Part shown: one piece after another, positions 26,355 to 39,700 of the stretch | Numbering within the stretch: the stretch's first letter is position 1 | Layout of the letters: each line of letters begins with the position of its first letter | Assembly: GCA_030390025.1 (NCBI GenBank) | Contig: CM059432.1 | Span: forward strand, 34,412,001 to 34,476,000 | DNA from: Squalus acanthias | Taxonomy: Eukaryota | Length of the DNA stretch: 64,000 nucleotides | Reading direction: 5' to 3' | Notes under the pieces: generated by a model | Databases searched by the model: none | Seen by the model: the letters and a program-made list of their open reading frames with translations, nothing else | What the model was told of the DNA's origin: nothing | Position numbers and translations under genes: made by a program

Positions 26355-26530
26355 GGTGTGTTCCATTTGCGGTGTGTTCCAATTGACGTGTGTTCCACTT
26401 GATGCGTGTTCCACTTGACATGTCCTCCATTTGATGTGCGCTCCACTTCATTGTATGTTCTGTTTGATGCATGTTCCACTTGACGTGTGTTCCATTTGAC
26501 GCGCACTTCATTTGGCTCACGTTCCATTTC
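26355..26530. repeat. Degenerate tandem repeat (gtgttccatttgac-like)
   Basis: Visible directly. Confidence 0.75.
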
Positions 26531-26814
26531 TAAGGGCTATTTTTGGAAAGTTGAATAATCCACAAAAAGATCACGCAGTCGTTGTATGTGAGCTGTTGAA
26601 ACCATAATTACAGTGTTCGTCAAACCATATTGCAACTTGGGCTAATCACACCTGTCTTTATGAAGAGGTTTGTCGGGTACAAAATACTCACTGGAACTCT
26701 GAGTCACTCACATTATGAAACAAGCAGACAAAACAAGACACAGGAGTCAGCTGTTCAACGATTACAATATGATTCCGTACCACTGACATAGAATCTTCTT
26801 GGGTTTTATAAATA

Positions 26815-27200
26815 AGAAAGAAAGATTTGCATTTATATAGCGCCGGACGTCCCAAAGCGCTTTACAGCCAATTAAGTACTATTTGAAGTGTTGTCACTGT
26901 TGTAATGTAGGAAACATAGCGGCTAATTTGCACACAGCAAGCTCCCACAAACAGCAATGTGATAATAACCAGATAATCTGTTTTACTGATGTTGATTGCG
27001 GGGTAAATATTGGCTAGGACACCGGGGATAACTCCCCTGCTCTTTTTCGAAATAGTGCCATGGGATCTTTTACATCCACCTGAGAGAGCAGACGGGGCCT
27101 TGGTTTAACGTCTCATCTGAGAAATGGCACCTCCGACAGTGCAGCACTCCCTTAATACTGCACTGGAGTGTCAGCCTAGATTTTTGTGCTCAAGTCTCTG
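26815..27200 (-). mobile_element. Deu-domain SINE (SacSINE1/AmnSINE-like)
   Basis: Conserved core aaatagtgccatgggatcttttacatccacctgagagagcagacggggcc..ggtttaacgtctcatc. Other copies or fragments lie near 8910, 21265, 21810, 34230-35345, 44660, 51335, 52700 and 54500. Confidence 0.8.
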
Positions 27201-27431
27201 GACATCAAATACAGAAATGAGGAAGTGAGGTTAAGTTTGTACACGATACTGGTTCAGCCACAGCTGGAGTACTACATGCTGTTCCAGTCATTCCATGATA
27301 GGAGCATATTAGAGCCCTGGAAAAAGACATCTGAGATTCAGTAGAATGATACCAGGAATGAATGGTTAGAATTAGAGGCTTGAAGAAGTGCAGCTGTCTT
27401 CACTGGAACAGAGAAGGTTAAGGGGGGGAAA

Positions 27432-28319
27432 TGTAAGGGTGTGTATTGTTGTAAAGAGTCAGCCTTTCCCCTGACTCAGTGAGCGGTTCGAATCGCTCCC
27501 ACACCCCAGGTTCAAAACTTGGACTTATTTAGGGGTTGTGAATAAAGATGCAGTAGACCACAGGTTCCAATGAAAGAACTATAACTTTTATTAAAGTTAA
27601 AAGGTAACAAACTTAAACACACTTCACACTTAAACAGGTTTGGGAGCACACGGTTACAGGCGAGGAAAATGACAGTATACAAGAAAAATAAAAACCTTTA
27701 TCCCTCCCAAAACTTCCCACTTCTAGCTAGGTTTCGGTTTCAGGAGATCAGGGATAATGCTCACCAGACAGGGGTATTAACAATCCGGAATCCAGCCAGG
27801 TAAGTCGATGGTGATTCTGGTCATCGAACGTCTTCCTTCACCATGTGGCTTCTGAGCAGTGCTGCCAGAGACCCCTGCTTCCCGCGTAGTCGGTCGAGTC
27901 GAAAAAGAGAGAGAAATCTTGGGTCCTGTTGCAATTATAGTCCTCTTCGTCCCCCCCCTCCCCCACCCCCCACCACAAACTCATGAAAAAAACTGGTTTC
28001 GTGATGCAGTGAGTTTTCAGGTGAGGCCTGTTCATTGTCTTGTTGAAAACTTGATGGGCTCTGTGTTTTGGGTGGGGCAGTTTTTCCCCAGAGCCTATTG
28101 TCCAAATGGTAATCTTTTGCTGGTCTTGAATTCCCAGACCAGGTACATGTTCAGGCATGTTCCTTTAAATTTCCAAAGTCCTTATTTTTTTCCTTTCGAT
28201 ATATGTTTTGGGGATCTGCAAATTTTGAAAATCTTACAGAAACTAATAGCATTTTTCAAAATAATGAAAGGTTGTTTCCACTGGTTGGCTAATTGTCAAT
28301 AAGGGGACATAACCTCACA
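27432..28319 (-). mobile_element. Possible solo LTR or unclassified insertion
   Basis: Interrupts a CR1 fragment, has TG...CA ends and a minus-strand AATAAA near 27587, but no clean TSD. Confidence 0.35.
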
Positions 28320-28660
28320 AGAATGTAAGTTCATACAATCATAGAATCTTACAGCACAGAAGGCAGCCATTCAGCCCATCGTGCCTGTGCCGGCTGTTTG
28401 AAAGAGATGTCCAATTTAGTCACACGCCCCAGCTCTTTCCCCATAGCCCTGCAAGTTAGGCCTCTTCAAGTACGTCAATTGCCTTTTGAAAGTTAATATG
28501 GAATCTGATTCCATAACCCTTTCAGATAGTGTGTTCCAGATTTTAACAACCCTGTATGTGAAAAAAATTCTCCTCACTTCCCCTCTAGTTCTTTTGCCAA
28601 TTATTTAAAATCTATGACCTCTGGTTACTGACCCACTTGCCAGAGGAAACAGTTTCTACC

Positions 28661-29425
28661 TCTTCTTCTTCACTTCTTAGGCAGTCCCTCGGAACCGAGG
28701 ATGACTTGCTTCCACACTAAAAATGAGTTCTCAGGTGAATGATGAGTCCAATGCGGGACCTACAGTCTCTGTCACAGGTGGGGCAGACGGTGGTTGAAGG
28801 AGCGGGTGGGTGGGGTGCTTGGGTTGACGTGCGCTCCTTGCGCTGTTTGTGCTTGGCTTCCGCTTGCTCCCGGCGAAGAGACTCGAGGTGTTTCGGCGCC
28901 TTCCCGGATGCTTCTCCTCCACTTTGTGCGGTCTTGGGCCAGGGATTCCCAGGTGTCGGTGGGGATGTTGCACTTTTTCAAGGAGGCTTTGAGGGTGTCC
29001 TTGAAACGTTTCCTCTGCCCACCTGGGGCTCTCTGCCTTGTCGGAGCTCCGAGTAGAGTGCTTGTTTTGGGAGTCTTGTATCGGGCATGCGGACAATGTG
29101 GCCAGTCCATCGGAGCTGATCGAGCGTGGTCAAAGCTTCGATGCTGGGGATGTTGGCCTGAGTGAGAACACTGACGTTGGTGCGACTATCCTGCCAATGG
29201 ATTTGCAGGATCTTGCGGAGGCAGCGTTGGTGGTACCTCTCCAGTGCTTTGAGGGGCCTGCTGTACATGATCCATGTCTCTGAAGCATACAGGAGGGCAG
29301 GTATCACTACTGCTCTGTAGAGCATGAGCTTGGTGCTGGGTGTGAGGTCCTGGTCTTCGAACACTCTCTTCCTCACGCGACCGAAGGCTGCACTGGCACA
29401 CTGAAGGCGGTGTTGGACTTCGTCA
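28661..29425 (-). mobile_element. RTE (BovB-like) LINE 3' fragment
   Basis: TKLMLYRAVVIPALLYASETW...QLRWTGHIVRMPDTRLPKQALYSEL; GGQRKRFKDTLK; (GAA)n tail. Confidence 0.9.
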
Positions 29426-29788
29426 TGCTGTATGAAAACCCCTCATAATTTTTAATACCTTTATTAGATCTCCCCTTAACCTTCTCTGCTCTAAGGAGAA
29501 CAAGCCCAGATTCTTCAATCTCCATATAACTGAAATCCCTCATACCTGCTATCATCCTGGTAAACCTCCTGTGTACCCTCTCCAGGGCCTTGATATCCTT
29601 CCTAAAGTGTGGTGCCCAAAATTGTACACAATACACCAGCTGAGGCCTAATCGGTGATTTGTAAAGGATTGGCATGACTTCCTTGTTTTGTATTCAATGT
29701 TCCTATTTACAAAGCCAAGTATCCCATACGCGTTATTAACCACCTTATCAACTTGCCCTGCCACCTTCAAGGATTTGTGAATATGCAC

Positions 29789-31492
29789 TGTAGAGTTTCG
29801 CAATTATCGCGATTCTAATAATATGAGAGAAGCAGGTTCAATTAAACATTTTTATTGAACGGAAAGCTGCTTTTAAAATAAAGGGTACAGAAGCCTGTAA
29901 AATGGCTGCCGAGCATCGTGGCAGAAGTTTCCAGAGACACAGTGGGCAGACAAGATGGCGTTGAATATACATTCATTATGAGACCATACCCGGTACGAAT
30001 TGAAAAGGCAGGATGCAATCCATTTGCATTTTGAACAAAAACAATGATATAAGTGCTTGAATCGTTTCATACGCACAGTAAGAATCATTGCACTGGACAA
30101 TCGGGGGCCCATCCAGACACATCAATACACAAATACCCCCCCAGCTCAACAATGAGAGAGACATTGGCGGGTGATTGGGCCAGTTTTCAGGGGGTCCCAA
30201 AACCAGTTGAGGAGACGATTTATACACATCCTGGCTGGCTCAACAATGAAGAAGGCATTAACGGATAGTTGGCCAGTTTCAGGTGATCCCGAAACCAGTT
30301 AAGAAGATAATTACCCCATGCTGGGAATTTTGGGCGCCAAAATCAAACAAAGGACAACACTTTGATTTGAGCGGGAGATAAGGCCGACAAAACAGTATAA
30401 CTATAGAGGACAAATGTTCCTCAAGGAGATGAAGCAGTTACAGTGACGAGTTACGGGCAGTTACGGAGAAAAGAGGAATCAGGTCGTGTCTTGTGCGTGT
30501 CCTGCCCGCGGCGCTGTGCTGGTCCGGTGTTCGAGTGTTGGGTGAAGTCCGAGTTCGTTGTTCGTGGTCCGTGTCGGCCAGAAACGGAACCTCAGAGCGA
30601 GCCACCTCGACACGGCAGGCAGTAGGGTACACCATCCCGATCGTCGGTAAACGGTGTCCGGACCCATCAGGGCAACGCAGCGGTGTGTTCCCGAGCGACC
30701 AGCCGTCGGTGGCGAGGAAGAAGGGAATCTCGGCCAAGCGAGGCCCGAGTGACGAGAAGAAAGACGAGAAGAAATTCCACGTGGCGCTACGGTCAGTAAA
30801 ACCCCGACCGCGCCCGAAAATAAACGGCGGAGTCCACCTCTTTGAATTCTACCGAATACTTCATGATATCAGGGAGACAGGCCTACCCTCTGGTTCTTTG
30901 AGCGGATAGCCTGGGTCATCCGCGACGGATATCCATCGGGGCTGTCTCAAGTGGATCCATCGCGGCAACGAGTGTAAACAAGTCGGGCGCAGAAACCCTT
31001 ACAGCCACGTGACAGCCAGGCGCTGCAGCGAAAAACTGAGAGCCTCATTTTAAATTCCGAAGTAAGCCGAGCGGTGAGCATACTTCCGATCCTACAAATC
31101 CAGACATAGTTTAGGTATTCTAAGGGAGGGTGGTTCCTAGGGTTAATGTGTAATGTGTTCCCCTTTTTACGAGTGTCATGTGTTCCCCATTTGTATAGAC
31201 CAAGTTTTATAGACGTGTGTATACTTGTAATTTCTTTGATCTGCGCATATGACATGTATTTCATTATTTTGGACACCGTACAATAAAGGCATTCATTTTG
31301 TGCTATTGAACCAGGTCTATTTGAGTTTTTCTCTGCATTACTGCTCCTTTGCATCTAAGTCCAGGTGTCAGAACTGTAAGGGCGAGTGGGTCGAACCACT
31401 CACAGGTGATTATTGCAAAAGTCTGGCCGGAGACCAGAGCAAGCAATAGTACAGGCAACGAAAGCCTCACCTCGCACGAGCCCCCCCTTACA
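29789..31492 (-). mobile_element. 1704-bp solo LTR
   Basis: TG...CA termini and 4-bp TSD gcac (29785-88, 31493-96). Removing it restores the CR1 sequence. Minus strand has CTATAAAA near 31208 and AATAAA near 29853. Confidence 0.85.
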
Positions 31493-31827
31493 GCACCCCC
31501 AGGTCCCTCTGCTCTTGCACCCCCCTCAAAATAGTACCATTTAGATTATACTGCAACTCCATGTTGTTTCTCCCAAATTGCATCACTTCACACTTATACG
31601 CAGTAAATTGCATCTGCCATGTGCCTGCCCATTTCACCAGTCTGTCTATGTCCCCCTGAAGTCTGCTACTATTCTGCTTACTATTTACTACGTTGCCAAG
31701 TTTTGTATCATCCTCAAAGTTCATAATTGGACTCTCTATACCTAAGACCAGGTAATTTATATATAACAAGAAAAGTAATGGTCCTAATACGACCTATTAA
31801 AAGAAATTCTTTCACTCAGAGGGTTAT

Positions 31828-33857
31828 CACATAAAAGGTTATTACACAAGATTAGGGCTCATGGGGTTGGGGGTAATATAATAGCATGGATAGAGGATTG
31901 GTTAATGGACAGAAAACAAAGAGTTGGGATAAACGGATCTTGTTCAGGTTGGCAGGCTGTAACCAGTGGGGTGCCGCATGGATCAGTGTTGGAGCCTCAG
32001 CTATTTACAATCTATATTAATGACCTAGATGAAGGGACCGAGTGTAATGTATCCAAGTTTGCTGATGATACAAAGCCAGGTGGGACAGTAAGCTGTGAGG
32101 AGAACACCTTGGCCGCAATTTTCTCCTTGGTATCGGGATGGGTGCGGGTCAGCTGGTTTCCGGGTTCCGGTCCCGCCCCCAGCTGCCTCTGCTCTGCAGA
32201 CATGATTTTCCCTTGATTGGCCAGCCAATTAACAGGAAGTGGGTCTGATGACATCATTTGATGATGCGTCATCTGCCGGTTTCCTTAAAGGGGCCACGCA
32301 CAATTTTATTTTGACAGTAGATTTTTCAGTGTTTGACAGCATTGTGATGCTGAAAACACTGATAATCACTGCACAAAGGTGAACTCTTGCACCCAGGCTC
32401 TCCAGTGGCTCCCTCCATATGCTGGAATAGATGGCAGCTGCAGGTGAGATGACAGAAGCGATCTGTCACTGGTGAGAGAGGTTGTCCCAATGAGGTGGCA
32501 CTGGACATACAGTTGGATTTAAAAACTTGTAAGCTAAAGAAATCTGTATATGTATTAAAAATGCAGTAACCAACATTTTCTTTGCTCTGAAACTCACCAT
32601 GTGCAACATTGCATCCTTGACACCACTTCTGCAGCTGTCATCTTTTCAGAAACATCAGACCAGACTCTCAACACGTCACACTCACCTGGCGTGTTGTCCG
32701 GACGTCCTGAAACCTGACGCAGAAGCTGGAAAATCGAAAAACACCCTGAAAACTACTGACAAGTACCTGTTAATAGGCAGTTAATTAATTACCTTTAATC
32801 CATTTCCCGCCGCTAGGTGTTGGGTCCATTCGCAATTCAGGGACCCGACACTTGGGAAGGTTGTTTGGAGGCGGGTTGACGATGGGTGCGAAACCCGCCG
32901 TCAATCAAAATGACTTTAACCTCTGACCTGCCTCCAAACCCGCCCTCTGAGCGCTGGCAAAATCGCGGCCAAAGAGTCTGCAAAGGGATATAGATAGACT
33001 AAGTGAGTGGGCAGTAAGGTGGCAGATGGAGTATAATGTAGGGAATTGTGCGGTTATTCACTTTGGTAGGAAGAATAGAAAAATAGAATATTTTTGAAAT
33101 GGTGAGAAACTTTCAAATGTTGGTGTTCAGAGAGATTTGGGTGTCCTTGTGCAAGAAACACAGAAAGCTAGCATGCAGGTACGGCAAGCAATAAGGTAGG
33201 CAAATGGCATCTTGGCCTTTATTGCAAGGGGGTTGGAGTATAAGAGTAAGGAAGTCTTGCTACAATTCTACAGGGCTTTGGTGAGACCACACCTGGAGTA
33301 CTGTGCACAGTGTTGGTCTCCTTATCTAAGGAAGGATATACTTGCCTTGGAGGCGGTGCAACGAAGGTTCACTAGATTGATTCCTGGGATGAGAGGGCTG
33401 TCCTATGATGAGAGATTGTGTAGAATGGGCCTACACTCTCTGGAGTTTAGAAGAATGAGAGGTGATCTTATTGAAACGTACAAGATTCTGAAGGGGATTG
33501 ACAGGGTAGATGCTGAGAGGTTGTTTCCCCTGGCTGGAGTGTCTAAAACTAGGGGGCATAGTCTCAGGAGAAGGGGTAGGCCATTTAAGACTGAGATGAG
33601 GAGGAATTTCTTCACTCAGAGGGTTGTGAATCTTTGGAATTCTCTGCCCCAGAGGGCTGTGAATGCTGAGTCTTTGAGTATATTCAAGGCTGAGATAGAT
33701 AGATTTTTGAAACTCTAGTGGAATCAAGGGATATGGAGATCGAGCGGGAAAGTGGAGTTGAGGTCGATGATCAGCCATGATCTTATTGAATGGCGGAGCA
33801 GGCTCGAGGGGCCGTATGGCCTACTCCTGCTCTTATTTCTTATGTTCTTATGTTCTT
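31828..33857 (+). mobile_element. 5'-truncated CR1 interrupted by a Harbinger-type element at 32111-32971
   Basis: GVPHGSVL..FADDTK before the insert and the RT C-terminus after it. The insert ends are ggccgcaatttt / aaaatcgcggcc. Confidence 0.85.
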
Positions 33858-34422
33858 ATCACAACATGCAATGCTTTACCGCAAGTGGCTATTGAGGCAG
33901 GGCCTGATTCTCATCGACTGGTCTATGTGTCATTTCTATAGGGGGAGTTTTATCACGAGTGGGAGAGACTGGTGGAATGTATGGGCCGATTGACCGGAAG
34001 GTGCAGCAGGAGCCCAGACTGTTTTGAGATGAGGCTGAGCCTCTTTTAATTAGTACCGGCCAGCTCCCCGCCCCAAACAGGGATGCAGCTCGCCGTGGTC
34101 AGGCTGACGCAGTATCGAGTGTTAAGTTCTGGGGGATAGTGGGGTTGGTGATCGCAAGGGGGAGCAGCCCAGCTCACAGCAGCCCAGATTACTTTTGTGC
34201 AGCCCCACTCGAGCACAAAATCCAGGATGACACTCTGGTGCACTACTGAGGGAGTCCTGTATTGTTGGAGGTTGGTCTTTCAGAAGAGACATTAAACCAA
34301 GGCCCTGTCTGTGCTCTCAGGTAGACGTAAAAGATCCTATGACATTCTTCGAAGAAGAGCAGGGGAGTTCTTCCTGGTGTCCTGACCAATATTTATCCCT
34401 CAACCGACAGCTAAAACACATT

Positions 34423-35166
34423 GGGCCGAAAATTGATCCCGGGACGCGAGAGTACGCACTGCATACTCTCGCGTATTCCCACTCCAATTGCCGGTTTTCT
34501 GCATGCCCTGCGCATGCGCTGAAAACCGGCAATTGCTCTTCTGAAAAGGGGGCGAGTCCTGGGTGCATCGCGTGTGCGCTACAGGCTGCGCGCACGCTGT
34601 GCACTTCATGCTTTGGACGCGCAGGTAAGTAGGGAAGATTTTGGAAATGTAAAAAGGAGGAGTAAGACCCGCTTTTAAGAAGGTAAGTAGTGAATTAAGT
34701 ATTTTTTTGAATTTTTTTTTACAGGTATATCTTTTTTAGAGACTTTAAAGACAGGTAAGTTTATTTTTATAACTTTTTAAAAGATTTTAAATTTTTTCAA
34801 AAATTTAATTTTTTATTTAAAATGGTTAATTTAATTAACTATACTTATTTTATTAATGTGATGGGTTTTTTTTTTAATTTAATTGAGGTTTAGCTGTTAT
34901 TTTGGGGGGGTGTAAGATTCATAGATTTCACAGCAGGTCTGTGAAACTTATGAATGGAAGATGGTGTGCTGCCATTGGCTCTAACTGAGTCACGTGATCC
35001 CACAGCTCGCACGAATTCACTACGCCGCTGGGATACGCAAGCCCAGCACAGCTGATGTCTGGAACATCAAGTTCGTGCGAGCTGGATCTGAAAAAGCACA
35101 AGCGAGGTGAGACATCGCGGGGAAGGCTTACCCCCGCGGGAACAGAGCGAGATCAATTTCTGGGCC
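34423..35166. mobile_element. Harbinger-type MITE inserted in a Deu-SINE
   Basis: TIR gggccgaaaattgatc / gatcaatttctgggcc; 3-bp TSD att. Confidence 0.75.
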
Positions 35167-36088
35167 ATTATCTGGTCATTACACATTGCTGTTTGTGGGA
35201 CCTTGCTGTCTGTAAATTGACTGCCACATTTCCTACATTACAACAGGGACTCCACTTCAAAAAAAGTACTGAATTGGCTGTGAAGCGCTTTTAGACATCC
35301 TGATGGTCATGAAAGACGCTATATAAATGCAAATTCTTTCCTTCTTTCTTTCTTGCTGATGCAGCCAGTGAGCTCTAATTGGACACATCACTTTAAATTT
35401 CAACTGCATACCCCAGTGGTTTGAGTGCCAAAGCTGTGCTGTGAGGTGATAATTATTTAAATGAACTGACCCCATAAAGTTGTGCTCTGTCAGCTATGGG
35501 CTCCCTTCAGGTTGGCAGCCAGCCGTTCCCTGCACAGATTTTGCTGTGAGCGAAAAAGAAAGGCCTTGTTGCTGTCAGAGTAAAAACAACGTGGGCCAAG
35601 ATTTTCAACTTCTGTGCCTGCCAGATCAAGCTTTTCTATCCATTAGCAACACAGGAACTAGGAGTAGGCCAGCAAGGTCCCACAAACAGCAATGAGATAG
35701 AACATAGGAACAGGAGTAGGCCATTCAGCCCCTCAAGCCTGTTCCGCCATTCAATTAGATCGTGGCTGATCTGTACCTCAACCCCATTTGCCCACCTTTG
35801 CTGCATATCCCCAGATACCCTTACCTAACAAAAATGTGGCGATATCAGTCTTGAAAGCTCCAATTGTCCCTGCATTACAGACTCTTGGGGAGAGAATTCC
35901 ATATTTCTACTGCGAAATGGGTGGAATACTTCAGGTGAGCGATGAAGCAGGTGCTCAGCTGGCTGTATTGAGATGGTGATGGCATTCGTATTTTGGAAGG
36001 TTGGGATCAAATGGGCCGAAGGGCCTTCTTCTTCTGAACTCGTCAAATCATGTGCTTATTAATAAAACAGTGTCCAAATATAGAGAGT

Positions 36089-39000
36089 AGAATATTAAAG
36101 GGTACGAGGAAGGAGAGTGGGTTTCGACTAGGTGGAATATTAAAGGGTATGGGGAAGGAGAGTGGGTTTAGACTGGGTGGAATATTAAAGGGTGTGGGGA
36201 AGGAGAGTGGGTTTAGACTGGGTGGAATATTAAAGGGTGTGGGGAAGGAGAGTGGGTTTAGACTGGGTGGAATATTAAAGGGTACGAGGAAGGAGAGTGG
36301 GTTTCGACTAGGTGGAATATTAAAGGGTATGGGGAAGGAGAGTGGGTTTAGACTGGGTGGAATATTAAAGGGTACGAGGAAGGAGAGTGGGTTTCGACTA
36401 GGTGGAATATTAAAGGGTGTGGGGAAGGAGAGTGGGTTTAGACTGGGTGGAATATTAAAGGGTGTGGGGAAGGAGAGTGGGTTTAGACTGGGTGGAATAT
36501 TAAAGGGTGTGGGGAAGGAGAGTGGGTTTAGACTGGGTGGAATATTAAAGGGTGTGGGGAAGGAGAGTGGGTTTAGACTGGGTGGAATATTAAAGGGTGT
36601 GGGGAAGGAGAGTGGGTTTAGACTGGGTGGAATATTAAAGGGTGTGGGGAAGGAGAGTGGGTTTAGACTGGGTGGAATATTAAAGGGTGTGGGGAAGGAG
36701 AGTGGGTTTAGACTGGGTGGAATATTAAAGGGTATGGGGAAGGAGAGTGGGTTTAGACTGGGTGGAATATTAAAGGGTGTGGGGAAGGAGAGTGGGTTTA
36801 GACTGGGTGGAATATTAAAGGGTGTGGGGAAGGAGAGTGGATTTAGACTGGGTGGAATATTAAAGGGTGTGGGGAAGGAGAGTGGGTTTAGACTGGGTGG
36901 AATATTAAAGGGTACGAGGAAGGAGAGTGGGTTTCGACTAGGTGGAATATTAAAGGGTATGGGGAAGGAGAGTGGGTTTAGACTGGGTGGAATATTAAAG
37001 GGTGTGGGGAAGGAGAGTGGGTTTAGACTGGGTGGAATATTAAAGGGTACGAGGAAGGAGAGTGGGTTTCGACTAGGTGGAATATTAAAGGGTATGGGGA
37101 AGGAGAGTGGGTTTAGACTGGGTGGAATATTAAAGGGTACGAGGAAGGAGAGTGGGTTTCGACTAGGTGGAATATTAAAGGGTGTGGGGAAGGAGAGTGG
37201 GTTTAGACTGGGTGGAATATTAAAGGGTGTGGGGAAGGAGAGTGGGTTTAGACTGGGTGGAATATTAAAGGGTGTGGGGAAGGAGAGTGGGTTTAGACTG
37301 GGTGGAATATTAAAGGGTGTGGGGAAGGAGAGTGGGATTAGACATGGTGGAATATTAAAGGGTGTGGGGGAGAGGAGAGTGGGATTAGACATGGTGGAAT
37401 ATTAAAGGGTGTGGGGAGAGGAGAGTGGGATTAGACATGGTGGAATATTAAAGGGTGTTGGGGAGAGGAGAGTGGGATTAGACATGGTGGAATATTAAAG
37501 GGTGTTGGGGAGAGGAGAGTGGGATTAGACATGGTGGAATATTAAAGGGTGTGGGGAGAGGAGAGTGGGATTAGACATGGTGGAATATTAAAGGGTGTGG
37601 GGAGAGGAGAGTGGGATTAGACATGGTGGAATATTAAAGGGTGTGGGGGAGAGGAGAGTGGGATTAGACATGGTGGAATATTAAAGGGTGTGGGGGAGAG
37701 AGGAGAGTGGGATTAGACAAGGTGGAATATTAAAGGGTGTTGGGGAGAGGAGAGTGGGATTAGACATGGTGGAATATTAAAGGGTGTTGGGGAGAGGAGA
37801 GTGGGATTAGACATGGTGGAATATTAAAGGGTGTGGGGAGAGGAGAGTGGGTTTAGACTGGGTGGAATATTAAAGGGTACGAGGAAGGAGAGTGGGTTTC
37901 GACTAGGTGGAATATTAAAGGGTATGGGGAAGGAGAGTGGGTTTAGACTGGGTGGAATATTAAAGGGTACGAGGAAGGAGAGTGGGTTTCGACTAGGTGG
38001 AATATTAAAGGGTGTGGGGAAGGAGAGTGGGTTTAGACTGGGTGGAATATTAAAGGGTGTGGGGAAGGAGAGTGGGTTTAGACTGGGTGGAATATTAAAG
38101 GGTGTGGGGAAGGAGAGTGGGTTTAGACTGGGTGGAATATTAAAGGGTGTGGGGAAGGAGAGTGGGTTTAGACTGGGTGGAATATTAAAGGGTGTGGGGA
38201 AGGAGAGTGGGTTTAGACTGGGTGGAATATTAAAGGGTGTGGGGAAGGAGAGTGGGTTTAGACTGGGTGGAATATTAAAGGGTGTGGGGAAGGAGAGTGG
38301 GTTTAGACTGGGTGGAATATTAAAGGGTATGGGGAAGGAGAGTGGGTTTAGACTGGGTGGAATATTAAAGGGTGTGGGGAAGGAGAGTGGGTTTAGACTG
38401 GGTGGAATATTAAAGGGTGTGGGGAAGGAGAGTGGATTTAGACTGGGTGGAATATTAAAGGGTGTGGGGAAGGAGAGTGGGTTTAGACTGGGTGGAATAT
38501 TAAAGGGTACGAGGAAGGAGAGTGGGTTTCGACTAGGTGGAATATTAAAGGGTATGGGGAAGGAGAGTGGGTTTAGACTGGGTGGAATATTAAAGGGTAT
38601 GGGGAAGGAGAGTGGATTTAGACTGGGTGGAATATTAAAGGGTGTGGGGAAGGAGAGTGGGTTTAGACTGGGTGGAATATTAAAGGGTACGAGGAAGGAG
38701 AGTGGGTTTCGACTAGGTGGAATATTAAAGGGTATGGGGAAGGAGAGTGGGTTTAGACTGGGTGGAATATTAAAGGGTACGAGGAAGGAGAGTGGGTTTC
38801 GACTAGGTGGAATATTAAAGGGTGTGGGGAAGGAGAGTGGGTTTAGACTGGGTGGAATATTAAAGGGTGTGGGGAAGGAGAGTGGGTTTAGACTGGGTGG
38901 AATATTAAAGGGTGTGGGGAAGGAGAGTGGGTTTAGACTGGGTGGAATATTAAAGGGTGTGGGGAAGGAGAGTGGGTTTAGACTGGGTGGAATATTAAAG

Positions 39001-39700
39001 GGTGTGGGGAAGGAGAGTGGGTTTAGACTGGGTGGAATATTAAAGGGTGTGGGGAAGGAGAGTGGGTTTAGACTGGGTGGAATATTAAAGGGTGTGGGGA
39101 AGGAGAGTGGGTTTAGACTGGGTGGAATATTAAAGGGTATGGGGAAGGAGAGTGGGTTTAGACTGGGTGGAATATTAAAGGGTGTGGGGAAGGAGAGTGG
39201 GTTTAGACTGGGTGGAATATTAAAGGGTGTGGGGAAGGAGAGTGGATTTAGACTGGGTGGAATATTAAAGAGTGTGGGGAAGGAGAGTGGGTTTAGACTG
39301 GGTGGAATATTAAAGGGTACGAGGAAGGAGAGTGGGTTTCGACTAGGTGGAATATTAAAGGGTATGGGGAAGGAGAGTGGGTTTAGACTGGGTGGAATAT
39401 TAAAGGGTATGGGGAAGGAGAGTGGGTTTAGACTGGGTGGAATATTAAAGGGTGTGGGGAAGGAGAGTGGATTTAGACTGGGTGGAATCTTGAAGAATAT
39501 GGGGAAGGAGAGTGGGTTTAGACTTTGTGGGATATTAAGGAGTATGGGGAGTGAGGAGAGTGGGGTTAGACTATGTGGGGTATTTAGGGATATGGGGAGC
39601 GAGGAGGGTGGGTTTAGACTTTGTGGGATATTAAGGGTATACGAAGTGAGGAGAGTGGTGTTAAACTTGATGGGGTATTAAGGGGTATGGGGAGCGAGGA
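36089..39700. repeat. 45-bp G-rich tandem array, about 80 units, with an ~810-bp higher-order period
   Basis: Unit ggtggaatattaaagggtgtggggaaggagagtgggtttagactg with variants recurring in a fixed order; a distinct gattagacatgg block lies at about 37330-37830. Confidence 0.97.

Larger units (their letters stand above)
28335..31790 (-). mobile_element. CR1 3' fragment split by RTE and LTR insertions
   Basis: RT motifs are collinear across the inserts (31488-31769 EDDTKLG...QRDLGV; 29430-29788; 28335-28660 with tail). Confidence 0.85.

Noticed and set aside
30438..31354. ORFs within the solo LTR as viral accessory genes
   Set aside because: Short, overlapping on both strands, with no recognisable motif; cannot be supported without comparing copies.
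36043..39681. 449-, 451- and 616-aa repetitive ORFs
   Set aside because: They arise from a 45-bp unit with stop-free frames on both strands; the frame breaks in the central block and there is no domain content.
36089..39700. CRISPR-like array
   Set aside because: No unique spacers, no cas genes, and eukaryotic context.
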